64,000 nucleotides of DNA from Clostridiaceae bacterium BRH_c20a (GTDB lineage: Bacteria; Bacillota; Peptococcia; Peptococcales; BICA1-8), in assembly GCA_000961765.1 (NCBI GenBank), contig LADT01000019.1, positions 7,110 through 71,109 of the forward strand, given 5' to 3'. Position numbers and translations under genes: made by a program. Each line of letters opens with the position of its first letter. Within the stretch, counting starts at the first letter, position 1. This document shows positions 7,430 through 17,196 of the stretch, piece by piece. A model generated the notes under the pieces. It was not told the DNA's origin, searched no databases, and saw only the letters and a program-made list of their open reading frames with translations.

Positions 7430-10400
7430 ATGAGAATTAACAACAACTTAATGGCAATGAATACCCATCGTCAGTTGGGTATGAACCAAGCAGGTGGTGC
7501 CAAATCTTTAGAAAAGCTTTCATCAGGCTTAAGGATTAACAGAGCTGGTGATGATGCGGCAGGCTTGGCAATCAGTGAAAAAATGAGAGGTCAGATTCGG
7601 GGCTTGAACCAGGCTACAAGAAATGCCCAAGATGGTATTTCTCTAATTCAAACTGCAGAAGGTGCTTTACAAGAAACCCATGCTATTTTACAGAGAATGA
7701 GAGAATTGGGAGTGCAGGCAGGTACAGATGTAGTTACTGATTCTGACAGGCAAAATATTCAATCTGAGATTGATCAGCTAACTAATGAAATCTCAAGGAT
7801 TTCAAACACTACCGAGTTTAACCAGAATAATTTATTAGCCGGTGGATTTAATGACAAAAGTGTTCTGATTGGTGCAAACCAGGGTCAAAACGTTTCTTTT
7901 TCTATTGGCAAGATGGATGCTAAGAGTTTAGGTGTAACTAGCGATGTAATTACCGCAAATATCGCAAATGATTCAGCAGGAATTAGTGCTGCCGTTCTTC
8001 GTGATGGCACTGGAGCAGCTCAATATGCAGGTCAAACTATAGGAATCACAAGTACACTCTTGCAAGCTGATAGCGCTGGTCAACTACAGGGTTCTAGTGC
8101 CGCCCAAACTATCAATGATGCTCAAGCAGCAGAAGCCGTTGCAACAGCTGTTTTTGGTGCAGGTGCGGATGCAACTTCAGCGAGCATTAATGCATATAAG
8201 GCAATGAATACAGCTGCCACCTATGCAACTGGAACAATTGATGCTAGCAGTAATGGTACTTTGACTGCGGCTAGTCAAGCTACTTATGTGACTGGAGCTA
8301 TTGATGCAAATGCTTTAACAGATGCTACAGATCAAGTATTTACATTTACCATGGAAGGTGTAAACGGTGGAAATGGCGTAGGAGTTGCCTTTGATATTAC
8401 TGTTACTGCTGGTACTGATTGGACTCAAGGCGTTGACCAGGATACAGATGGTGCAAGTTTAGCAGCTGCGCTACAACTTAAACTTTCTGGTAAGGTGGGT
8501 GAGTCTGTAACGGTTGACTACGATAGTGGCAATGACACATTAACTTTTACTAGAGGTGTAACAGGCGACAATAATTTAATAACATTAACAAATGTTACAG
8601 ATAATGGAGCCGGAGTTGCAGCTTTTACTACAGATGGTGTAGCTGCGGACGGTACCAACGGGACAACAACATTTAACTTCACCATGGCAGGCGTAAACGG
8701 TGGAAATGGCGTAGGTGCTGCTTTTAATGTTACTCTTACTGAAGGTGTCGATTGGACCCAGAATGGTGTTCAAGATGATTCTGGCACCTCCCTAGCTGCT
8801 GCCCTATCAACTAAACTTTCTGCAATTGCGGGTCAGGCTATAACTGCCAATTATGATACTGCTACTGATGCTATGACTTTCACTACAGCCCAAAAAGGCA
8901 GCGACCAGTCAATTGTACTAAACTCAGTTACTAATGAAGCAACTGCTACTGTAGCAGGATTTACTGAAGGTGTAGCAGCTACTGCTGGTACAGGTACAGG
9001 CTCTGTTGATGGTACCGGCTACGGCGTGGTCAGAATGAGCATTGATGATACCGCCTTTAATGTTACTATTAATGAAAGTTCGACACTAGCCAATGTGTTA
9101 GATAATATCAATTCTGCAGCTAATACTGCTTTAGGAACTACTGGCGTAACCTATGCTAGTGAGGACACGGGTAGTATAGTTATTACTTCAAATACCGACA
9201 GCACTGGTTCTTCAGTTAAAATTATCGGCGACTTTGAGTCTGATGGTACAACTTCCGCTAACGGTGCCCTTTTGCAAAACTTAGGTCTTTCTCTTAGTGC
9301 TACTAGTCAGACAGGGATGTCCGATGTAGGAGCAAGTGGAACAGCAGGAACATTTAGCTTAACTGTAAATGGTACTTCCTTTGATGTTACACTCCAAGAT
9401 GGTGATGATATTGACGCTGTGACAACAGCTATAAATGCTGCTGCTGAAACTGCCGGCGTTATCGATAATGGTGATGCGTTGGCTGCTAATGATGGTACAA
9501 TAATTACTTTAACTTCTTCTGATGTAAAAACCGGAGCTGGGACTGGCTCAAATGCCAATATCATTATTGGAGAAGACGATAATGGGGGTAAAACTTTAGC
9601 AGCACTAGGACTTACTTCAGGAACATATGGGGGTGCAGATGCTACTTCCGGTTCTTTAAGGATAGCTATCGATGGTACTGAATTTTCAGTAGGGTTAACT
9701 GATGGAAGTGATGCAACTGCTGTAGCCAATGCTATTAATGCTTCTGCTAATACCGCCCTTGGAACCTCAAGTCAGAACTATGCCTCAGTTAGTCAAGGAA
9801 AATTAGTTATTGAATCTCTTACTTCTGGAAGTAATTCTTCAGTAGGAATTTTAAATGATAATACCTCCGGTAGGACTATTGAAGCCTTAGGCTTACAAGT
9901 GGGAACAGTCTCAGGAGCAAACACGGGGCAATTACAGGTTGTTGCTTCTGTAGGTGGGGCTTCAGAAAGTGTAGCAATTGATACGAATGCAGATATAATT
10001 AAATTTAGTCAGGCTTTTGCAGGCTTAACCTTAACAAAAGATGCTGCCCATAATACAGCTGGAACTGCTGATATTGCAACTTCTGTTTTAAAGTCAGAAG
10101 CAGCTGCTATGACTACTGACGGACGTATTAAATCAGAAGCTAGTGTACAAAAGGGTATACTAGTGGATACAGCAGACGCTGCCAACAAAGCGGTTACAGC
10201 GATAAATAATGCAATAGCTAGTGTGTCTGATCAACGCTCAGCTTTAGGTGCTTTACAAAATAGATTAGAGCATACTATTAGCAACTTGGGTGCATCAGCT
10301 GAAAACTTACAAGCTGCTGAATCTCGAGTCAGAGATGTGGACATGGCTGCCGAAATGATGCAGTTCACTAAGAATAATATCCTGCAACAAGCAGCAACTG

Positions 10401-10456
10401 CAATGCTGGCTCAAGCAAACCAAGCACCACAAGGAGTACTGCAGCTTCTTAGATAA
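7430..10456 (+). CDS. fliC: giant flagellin (1008 aa)
   Basis: ATG 7430 with a good SD; the ORF-track TTG 7376 lies inside the leader hairpin. N-terminal MRINNNLMAMNTHRQL..LRINRAGDDAAGLAISEKMR. C-terminal LGALQNRLEHTISNL..MAAEMMQFTKNNILQQAATAMLAQANQAPQGVLQLLR. About 730-aa Thr/Ala/Gly-rich insert. Confidence 0.95.
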   Translation: MRINNNLMAMNTHRQLGMNQAGGAKSLEKLSSGLRINRAGDDAAGLAISEKMRGQIRGLNQATRNAQDGISLIQTAEGALQETHAILQRMRELGVQAGTDVVTDSDRQNIQSEIDQLTNEISRISNTTEFNQNNLLAGGFNDKSVLIGANQGQNVSFSIGKMDAKSLGVTSDVITANIANDSAGISAAVLRDGTGAAQYAGQTIGITSTLLQADSAGQLQGSSAAQTINDAQAAEAVATAVFGAGADATSASINAYKAMNTAATYATGTIDASSNGTLTAASQATYVTGAIDANALTDATDQVFTFTMEGVNGGNGVGVAFDITVTAGTDWTQGVDQDTDGASLAAALQLKLSGKVGESVTVDYDSGNDTLTFTRGVTGDNNLITLTNVTDNGAGVAAFTTDGVAADGTNGTTTFNFTMAGVNGGNGVGAAFNVTLTEGVDWTQNGVQDDSGTSLAAALSTKLSAIAGQAITANYDTATDAMTFTTAQKGSDQSIVLNSVTNEATATVAGFTEGVAATAGTGTGSVDGTGYGVVRMSIDDTAFNVTINESSTLANVLDNINSAANTALGTTGVTYASEDTGSIVITSNTDSTGSSVKIIGDFESDGTTSANGALLQNLGLSLSATSQTGMSDVGASGTAGTFSLTVNGTSFDVTLQDGDDIDAVTTAINAAAETAGVIDNGDALAANDGTIITLTSSDVKTGAGTGSNANIIIGEDDNGGKTLAALGLTSGTYGGADATSGSLRIAIDGTEFSVGLTDGSDATAVANAINASANTALGTSSQNYASVSQGKLVIESLTSGSNSSVGILNDNTSGRTIEALGLQVGTVSGANTGQLQVVASVGGASESVAIDTNADIIKFSQAFAGLTLTKDAAHNTAGTADIATSVLKSEAAAMTTDGRIKSEASVQKGILVDTADAANKAVTAINNAIASVSDQRSALGALQNRLEHTISNLGASAENLQAAESRVRDVDMAAEMMQFTKNNILQQAATAMLAQANQAPQGVLQLLR
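8336..9001 (+). repeat. intragenic tandem duplication, two ~111-aa units in the flagellin variable region
   Basis: FTMEGVNGGNGVGVAFDITVTAGTDWTQ versus FTMAGVNGGNGVGAAFNVTLTEGVDWTQ; period 333 nt. Confidence 0.85.
9026..10040 (+). repeat. three to four ~90-aa flagellin-IN-motif-like units
   Basis: MSIDDTAFNVTI.., LTVNGTSFDVTL.., IAIDGTEFSVGL.., VAIDTNADIIKF.. Each is followed by ..A..IN..A.. and ..LGL.. patterns. Confidence 0.65.
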
Positions 10457-10465
10457 TAAACTAAA

Positions 10466-10507
10466 TTAATGAAAGGGTCAGGGAGTGTTCTCTGACCCTT
10501 TCATTAA
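10466..10507. terminator. bidirectional terminator
   Basis: Perfect 16-bp stem TTAATGAAAGGGTCAG / CTGACCCTTTCATTAA between convergent genes. Confidence 0.85.
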
Positions 10508-10510
10508 TTA

Positions 10511-11590
10511 TTAAAGATTATATTTTTCTTTAATAGCCTTGCTTACTTCGACAATAGTTTTATATACTAAAGTAGCCAACTCTTCAGAGAGACTACCGGT
10601 ACCACAGCTTGGAGTAATTAGAACTTGCTGTAATAATTTTTCTCTATTAACACCCTTTTGCTCTAATATATCCACTTGCTGCTCAAATAAAGCCACTAAG
10701 CTGGCAGTAGTCTCTTGAAGCAGCTTTTCAGATGTTGGCACAATGCCAAAGGATAAGATGCCACCTTTAGCCAAATACTCATTAATTTCCTTTATGTAAA
10801 CACTCATTGAAGAAAAATACTCATAAGCATCAAAATTAACAACTGCTAAGTCTAAAGAAAATAACAACGGCCATTCGGTACCGGCACAAGTATGACTGCC
10901 TGCTAGTGCACCTGTTGAATTTATTGCCTCAATTACCTGATTCAGCTCATTAATGATTCCTTCCTTTGTTAAAGTAATATAGGTTGAAGAACCTAAAGAG
11001 TAAAGACCGGGGTCATCAATAAATATTATTACCGGCAAACCTAGTTCGAGCAGTTTTTTACTCTGCCATTTTCCAGCCAAGGCGAGGGTTTTGGTTAAAA
11101 CGTCCCGCAGCTGGTCATCATAAAAACTGGCTTTTTTATTACTATCGGTTACCTGTAAGCCTAAGGTAAGTGGACCGCTAACCTGGCCTTTTATAATTTC
11201 TGCCTCGGCATAAAAGCTATCTTGAACCCTTTGAGTGAATGAATAGAACCCTTTGGCAGAGCCATCTGCAAAGCCAAACCTGGCCAATGCAGCTTCATTC
11301 CCTTCAACGGCTTCTAAATAAAGTGAATAAAATTCCGTCAGCAAATCAGTAAAGTCTGCTCTCGTTGTATCAAAGTAAGGGGTTTTTCCTTCCACTACTC
11401 TCACCAAGCCTATATCTATCAGCGGAGTTAAGTATTGATTGATAAACCCCTCAGATTCACCAAGCTTGGGTAATTGTGGCCAGTGGGGAATCAATGGAAA
11501 GGTCTCTTTTATTAAATTGTGGCTGGCTGAAACATCATTTAGCGGCAAGCTGCCTATCCCGGTTATATTGCAATTACCTAACACTTTCAT
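10511..11590 (-). CDS. MetE C-terminal-like (cobalamin-independent methionine synthase family) zinc methyltransferase, tentative
   Basis: 359 aa; GSHTCAG and ITPSCGTG match the His-x-Cys and Cys zinc-ligand positions of that fold. Confidence 0.5.
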   Translation of the reverse strand: MKVLGNCNITGIGSLPLNDVSASHNLIKETFPLIPHWPQLPKLGESEGFINQYLTPLIDIGLVRVVEGKTPYFDTTRADFTDLLTEFYSLYLEAVEGNEAALARFGFADGSAKGFYSFTQRVQDSFYAEAEIIKGQVSGPLTLGLQVTDSNKKASFYDDQLRDVLTKTLALAGKWQSKKLLELGLPVIIFIDDPGLYSLGSSTYITLTKEGIINELNQVIEAINSTGALAGSHTCAGTEWPLLFSLDLAVVNFDAYEYFSSMSVYIKEINEYLAKGGILSFGIVPTSEKLLQETTASLVALFEQQVDILEQKGVNREKLLQQVLITPSCGTGSLSEELATLVYKTIVEVSKAIKEKYNL

Positions 11591-11710
11591 TATTTTATAA
11601 CTCCTTTTTTATTCAGAATATCTAAGCTATTCGCTATTATTACCATATTTCCTTTTCAACATGCCGTGCCGATTTGAAACATATAATCTATTATTTTGAG
11701 GAGAGATAGC

Positions 11711-12466
11711 ATGAAAATAGTATCCTGGAATGTTAACGGATTTAGAGCCTGTTTAGGAAAAGGCTTGGCAAATTATTTTGACAAGGTAGATGCTGATATC
11801 TTCTGTGTACAGGAGATAAAACTGCAGGAAGACCGGCTCAGCTTTGATTCGCCGGGATATTTTCAATATTGGAATTATGCCCTAAAAAAGGGCTACTCTG
11901 GGACTGGGGTTTTTTCAAAGCTTAAACCCCTTAGAGTAACCTATGGTTTAGGTTTGGACAGACATGACCAGGAAGGGCGGGTAATAACCTTGGAGTATAA
12001 AGATTTTTATCTGGTAAACGTTTATACTCCCAATTCCCAAAGGGGACTAGCAAGGCTGGACTATAGAATGGAATGGGAGGATGCTTTTAGACATTACTTG
12101 ATAAGTTTAGATAAAGAAAAGCCTGTGATATTCTGTGGTGATTTAAATGTCGCCCACCAGGAGATAGATTTGAAAAATCCCAAAACAAATAAAAAGAATG
12201 CAGGGTTTACTGAGGAAGAAAGGGGAAAAATGACAGAAATATTAAATACAGGATTTATTGATACCTTCCGTTATTTATATCCGGAGCAAGAAGGTGCCTA
12301 TACCTGGTGGTCTTATATGAATAATGCCAGAGAGAGAAATATTGGTTGGCGGATAGATTATTTTATTGCTTCGGAACGGCTTAAAGCAAAAATCAAAGAC
12401 TTTGAAATACATTCGGATGTTTTAGGGAGTGATCACTGCCCCATAGCATTAGAAATAGAAGTTTAA
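11711..12466 (+). CDS. xth: exodeoxyribonuclease III / AP endonuclease
   Basis: 251 aa from ATG 11711; MKIVSWNVNGFRA, VQEIK, GDLNVAH, SDHCPI. Confidence 0.93.
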   Translation: MKIVSWNVNGFRACLGKGLANYFDKVDADIFCVQEIKLQEDRLSFDSPGYFQYWNYALKKGYSGTGVFSKLKPLRVTYGLGLDRHDQEGRVITLEYKDFYLVNVYTPNSQRGLARLDYRMEWEDAFRHYLISLDKEKPVIFCGDLNVAHQEIDLKNPKTNKKNAGFTEEERGKMTEILNTGFIDTFRYLYPEQEGAYTWWSYMNNARERNIGWRIDYFIASERLKAKIKDFEIHSDVLGSDHCPIALEIEV

Positions 12467-12599
12467 AAGTCGCGTAAATATTTAGATCCTTCGCTATTGC
12501 TCAGGATGACAAGCTTGACATGAATTTATTAATTAAAGAGTATATAGGTTTTAGGTGGGGATTAATTGATGAACATGGTTAAAGGGAGTGATAAAATGC

Positions 12600-13202
12600 A
12601 TGGATATTATTAAATATGGTCAAGAGGAAATAGAATACCTGAAAAAAAGAGACAAAAAGCTTGGTGCAGCTATTGATAAAATAGGCATAATAAAGCGAAA
12701 GATCAATCCTGAACCTTTTGCCGCTATTATTTCTTCCGTTATCAGTCAGCAGATTTCAACTAAGGCTGCAGAAACTGTATGTAATAGACTATATAAATTG
12801 CTTGAAAACATTACACCAGAGAATATTGCTCAAAAAGACCTGTCTGAAATTCAGGGCTGTGGTATGTCTGAGCGAAAAGCCAGATACATCAAAGGTATTG
12901 CAGAAGCTAATATATCCGGTAAGGTGGATTTTAATTCACTTCATACTCTAACTGATGGTGAGGTAATAGAAAAGCTTTCCTCACTAAATGGAGTTGGTGT
13001 TTGGACTGCTGAGATGCTGCTTATTTTTTCACTCCGCCGCCCCGATGTAGTAAGCTATAATGATTTGGCTATACGCAGAGGAATGATGAATTTATATGGT
13101 CTTAAAAAACTCTCCAAGGAAGACTTTGCACGATATCGAAAAAGGTATTCTCCTTATGGCTCAATCGCTTCATTGTATCTTTGGGAAATTTCTGTCCAAT
13201 AG
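12600..13202 (+). CDS. HhH-GPD DNA glycosylase (AlkA-like 3-methyladenine glycosylase II)
   Basis: ISQQISTKAAETV, helix-hairpin-helix LNGVGVWTAEMLLIF, Asp in SYNDLAIRRG; ATG 12600 preferred over GTG 12588 because of SD AAGGGAG. Confidence 0.85.
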   Translation: MDIIKYGQEEIEYLKKRDKKLGAAIDKIGIIKRKINPEPFAAIISSVISQQISTKAAETVCNRLYKLLENITPENIAQKDLSEIQGCGMSERKARYIKGIAEANISGKVDFNSLHTLTDGEVIEKLSSLNGVGVWTAEMLLIFSLRRPDVVSYNDLAIRRGMMNLYGLKKLSKEDFARYRKRYSPYGSIASLYLWEISVQ

Positions 13203-13248
13203 ACTAAAAAAGTTAGGGGTATCCCTAACTTTTAAATATTTTGTCAAA

Positions 13249-14253
13249 CTAATATCTTGTCGCTAAAATTTTTCTTTCTATTTGGCTGATTTCATCTATT
13301 TGATTTTTATCAAGCTTTACAAATATTTGCTGACGGTATTTTTTACTAATACTAGATTTGTCCTTGAGTTTTTCTTCTCGAACATCAGACCAGTATATTT
13401 TTTTCCGCTTATAAAAAACGTCATAATCGACAACCCTTGTCCCATCTTCGAGATACTCGAGTCCTATTAATAATTTTTTTATGGTTTCAGGTTCATAAAA
13501 TGTAAAGAAACGAATGCGGTAGATGCCTACTGTCTTAAAGATTAGGGCATTATCTTGACCCCAGGACTCTCCTAATATAATTCCCAGCTCTAGAAATTCG
13601 ATAACTTTTAATAAACGCTGATAGTGGAGCATATATTCTTCAAATTTATCATAAATTTTGATTTCTAGTTCAAACCAATCCTTGTTGCCTAAACCTTCAT
13701 TTAGATACTTTAAGCCATGTATTCGAATACTTCTCCTTAAGGTCGAATATTTTTCCTCAATGAAAAGGGTTTTTTCATATAGATCACTGATACTTAATTT
13801 TTTATTCAAGGGTTGCTCTGTAAATGCTAATATAGTCCCTCTACTGTTATTATTATCAAGCAATTCAAGGAAAGAACCCGAGGTAGCAGCATGATCTTTA
13901 TTAATTTCTTCAATTATTTTTTCAATGTCTCCTAAAGCCCTCATAATGAGTATTCTAGGAGCTATCCTAGTTTGGCTTACTAGATTGCATTTTCGGTCAT
14001 TATGGAGCGAGCATAAGAACATGTCAGAATCTTCTTCAACTAAAAATAAATATTTAATATCATCAATATGGACAATATCCTTTAATGTTTCTACAACAAG
14101 GATAATAGTATATTCTTCTGAAGATTCTTCAAAAGCTTGGTCAAAGGTACAGGCTAAGGTGGCAAAGTACTCCTCAAGATATTGTTTTAATCTTTCGATA
14201 GCTCCACTTTCCATTATTAGTATTTTAGGGCCACTTCTAATTAATGATAACAT
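13249..14253 (-). CDS. hypothetical protein
   Basis: 334-aa AT-rich ORF; no firm motif (C-terminal DGTRVVDYDV is only faintly CitX-like). Confidence 0.6.
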   Translation of the reverse strand: MLSLIRSGPKILIMESGAIERLKQYLEEYFATLACTFDQAFEESSEEYTIILVVETLKDIVHIDDIKYLFLVEEDSDMFLCSLHNDRKCNLVSQTRIAPRILIMRALGDIEKIIEEINKDHAATSGSFLELLDNNNSRGTILAFTEQPLNKKLSISDLYEKTLFIEEKYSTLRRSIRIHGLKYLNEGLGNKDWFELEIKIYDKFEEYMLHYQRLLKVIEFLELGIILGESWGQDNALIFKTVGIYRIRFFTFYEPETIKKLLIGLEYLEDGTRVVDYDVFYKRKKIYWSDVREEKLKDKSSISKKYRQQIFVKLDKNQIDEISQIERKILATRY

Positions 14254-14338
14254 AGACTATCATTCCTTTCCCTATATTCAAGGCACAGAAAATCATGAAA
14301 AATTCTATTCTCAACTCCCCATTTTCAATTATTTCACG

Positions 14339-14956
14339 CTACATTCCTATTTTAAATTTACCTAAGCGGCTTTCATTTGTACCTATTGGATAAGGTAAAG
14401 AAAAGACCTTTTTACTGTTAAGAGCAATAATATTTATGTTTTGGATACCATTTAAGAAAACCTTACCATTTATAACTTGGCTCCCTAAGGATATATCATG
14501 ACCAAATAAGTTGAAATTACTAGGGGAGATAATAAAGTCATTACTATAATGGCTAATTTTAAGGCTGATATTTCCAATGTTTATCACTGCATTCTTTTCA
14601 TAAACAGTACTTCTATTAGTGAAGTTGCGGACAATATTTTTATTGTCATGATTACCCAAAGTAATATGTATTTCTTTAGCTGATGAACTTTCGAGAATTT
14701 CTATTAATTCGTCGACTCCATTTGAATATTCATCTATTCTGGAGGGATATATACTAAGCTTAATATTATCAACAAGGTCACCGGTATGGATAATATATTC
14801 AGGCTGAATTTTAGTTATTATTCTTTTTAGCTGGGAATAAAGAACAGTAGGTGTATCAGATATATGTAATATTTTTGGTTCGGGATTGTCCAGCAAGTTT
14901 TTGGATAAATATATACTACCTAAAGAGTAGAACAGTCCAGCTTTTAATTTCTCCAC
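14339..14956 (-). CDS. metallophosphoesterase
   Basis: 205 aa; HTGDLVD, TLGNHDN and FGHD motifs of calcineurin-like phosphoesterases. Confidence 0.75.
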   Translation of the reverse strand: MEKLKAGLFYSLGSIYLSKNLLDNPEPKILHISDTPTVLYSQLKRIITKIQPEYIIHTGDLVDNIKLSIYPSRIDEYSNGVDELIEILESSSAKEIHITLGNHDNKNIVRNFTNRSTVYEKNAVINIGNISLKISHYSNDFIISPSNFNLFGHDISLGSQVINGKVFLNGIQNINIIALNSKKVFSLPYPIGTNESRLGKFKIGM

Positions 14957-15161
14957 ATCTATTTCCTTTCCTATAAAAACAGTAGATTTTGGATAATATT
15001 GAGTTAATTATTAAAAGAAAGGGTCTTGCATGGGAATAATTCTGTTAATTACCTTTAATTCCTCTAAACTATCAATAAAACTTTGAGTGCTTATACTTGA
15101 ATTCCCTTTTTGTAGCATTTACATATAAAAGCTTTTTTAATTGCTGCCTCTTTTTGTGTTA

Positions 15162-15176
15162 ACTTGTTTAACAAGT
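15162..15176. promoter_or_regulatory. 15-bp palindrome, candidate TetR operator of the ABC operon
   Basis: ACTTGTT-T-AACAAGT about 125 nt upstream of the HlyD-family gene. Confidence 0.35.
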
Positions 15177-15302
15177 CAGAAAATTTTTCATTGTATATTT
15201 AATAAATTAATGCTAATCTAAAACCAAGTAAACTATAAAGGTGACATTAGTATACTTGTACATTTATATATTAAACACTTTTCGCGTTGAGGAGGAAGGT
15301 TA

Positions 15303-16301
15303 ATGGAGAAGAAAAAGAGAGCTGCGGTTTTTATCGTAGTATTAGCTGTTTTAGCAGGTTCCTTATGGGCCTGGCAGACATATTTTAAGGGCGGGCCCGA
15401 AGAAATCCAGGCTTCAGGAACAATTGAAGCAACTAGTGTAGACCTCCATGCTAAGCTGGCTGGGTCAATAAAAGTTCTTGATATAAAATCAGGGGATCCG
15501 GTAAAAAAAGGTCAGCCGGTAGCTGAATTAAGCCGCAATGATCTAGTTGCCCAGCGTGAAAGAGATAAATTAAGCGTACTGAAAGCTGAGGCTAGTTTGG
15601 CTGATCTGCAGTCAGGTGCAAGGATTCAAGAGATTAAAGAGGCAGAGGCTAACGTGAATATTGCTAAGACTAATCTTCAAAGGGCAATTGATGATTTAGC
15701 AAGGTTGGAAAATCTATTTGAGGCTGGGGCCATAACCCAGGTAGAGTATGAGAAGGCTCAGATGACCCTGGAAATCACTAAGAATCAGGTACAGGCCGCT
15801 GAAGCTCGTTTTAGTCTTTTGCAAGCTGGTAGTCGCCAGGAACTCATTAATTCTGCTCAGGTCGAAATAGACAGGAACAAGGCTATCCTTAAAGCCACAG
15901 ATGCCATGTTGGAAGATTTGACAATTCACTCACCCCTTGATGGCGTGGTTTTGTCAAAAAATTATGAATTAGGAGAGTATGTTACACCAGGTACTTCTAT
16001 AGCTACTGTTGTTAATCTAGATGACCTTTGGATTAGGATATATATACCTACCGATGATCTGCCCCAAGTAACCCTAGGGCAGAAGGTTTACTTCACAGTG
16101 AGTGGATTAGCTAAAAGCTTTGAAGGTGTTGTTGAGGAAATAGCTACCAAGGGTGAGTTCACACCCAAAACCATCCAGACCAAAAAAGAACGTACAAATG
16201 TGGTATTTGCTGTGAAAATTAGGATTAAGAGCGAAAATGGTATCTTAAAGCCTGGTATGCCTGCTGATGTGATTTTTCCCGGAGGCGGCCAAGATGATTA
16301 A
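15303..16301 (+). CDS. HlyD-family membrane fusion protein (YbhG-like)
   Basis: 332 aa; N-terminal TM helix, central coiled-coil, barrel-sandwich ends; overlaps the next gene by 8 nt. Confidence 0.88.
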   Translation: MEKKKRAAVFIVVLAVLAGSLWAWQTYFKGGPEEIQASGTIEATSVDLHAKLAGSIKVLDIKSGDPVKKGQPVAELSRNDLVAQRERDKLSVLKAEASLADLQSGARIQEIKEAEANVNIAKTNLQRAIDDLARLENLFEAGAITQVEYEKAQMTLEITKNQVQAAEARFSLLQAGSRQELINSAQVEIDRNKAILKATDAMLEDLTIHSPLDGVVLSKNYELGEYVTPGTSIATVVNLDDLWIRIYIPTDDLPQVTLGQKVYFTVSGLAKSFEGVVEEIATKGEFTPKTIQTKKERTNVVFAVKIRIKSENGILKPGMPADVIFPGGGQDD

Positions 16302-17196
16302 TGCCACCGGAGTAAGCAAATCCTTTGGCCATATTCAAGCTGTCAAAGCAGTGGATCTGCACGTAACCAAACAGGAAATTTGTGGTTTAGTTGGTCCAGA
16401 TGGAGCTGGGAAGACTACCTTAATACGTATGATCTGTGGCCTTATTACACCTGATAAAGGACAGGTCGCCATTTTAGGTGTTGCACCTGATATACTGGCC
16501 GAAAGGGAAAATCTAGGCTATATGCCTCAAAGGTTCAGCCTTTATGGAGACCTGACAGTAATAGAAAATATCAATTTTTTTGGTGCTATGTATAAACTAG
16601 ATAAGAAAGTCATAATTCAACGGGCTGATGAAATATTGGCGATTACTAATCTTATCGAATTCAAAGACCGTTTTGCCGACAATCTCTCAGGAGGGATGAA
16701 ACAAAAACTGGCCCTCACTTGCGCCCTGGTGACCCGTCCGAAAATTTTGGTCTTGGATGAGCCCACCTATGGTGTAGACCCCGAGTCCCGCAAAGAATTT
16801 TGGAGAATTTTGTATCATCTTAATAAAGAGGGTATGACCATTTTGACCTCTACCCCCTATATGGATGAAGCTGAACTCTGTACTAAGGTAGCTTTTATAG
16901 ATAGGGGCAGGGTAGTGAAAATTGATTCACCCCAGGGACTTAAAGAAAAATTCCCCTTTACAATCCTGGAGCTGCAGGCCCAGACAAAAAATAAAACTAT
17001 TCTCCAAAAGCTGGCTGGAGTGCAGGATTTCTACTTTTTCGGAGATCGTTATCACCTGGTATTAGAGGAGACTACCACACTAGATGATGTTCGGCAGGCT
17101 CTGGAACAGCAAGGGATTCTTATTAGATCCCTTAAGATAATCGGGCCCTCTATGGACGATATCTTTGTTTCCTTGGCAGAGAAAGAGGTGGTCTAA
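16294..17196 (+). CDS. ABC transporter ATP-binding protein
   Basis: [24 protein letters not shown]. Confidence 0.95.
   Translation: MINATGVSKSFGHIQAVKAVDLHVTKQEICGLVGPDGAGKTTLIRMICGLITPDKGQVAILGVAPDILAERENLGYMPQRFSLYGDLTVIENINFFGAMYKLDKKVIIQRADEILAITNLIEFKDRFADNLSGGMKQKLALTCALVTRPKILVLDEPTYGVDPESRKEFWRILYHLNKEGMTILTSTPYMDEAELCTKVAFIDRGRVVKIDSPQGLKEKFPFTILELQAQTKNKTILQKLAGVQDFYFFGDRYHLVLEETTTLDDVRQALEQQGILIRSLKIIGPSMDDIFVSLAEKEVV

Noticed and set aside
8585-9729. Antisense ORFs (62 and 140 aa) inside the flagellin gene
   Set aside because: Low-complexity translations of the repeat-rich Thr/Ala/Gly region on the opposite strand.
13282-14365. Plus-strand ORFs of 62, 78 and 146 aa
   Set aside because: Antisense to the 334-aa gene in an AT-rich stretch; no SD or motifs.
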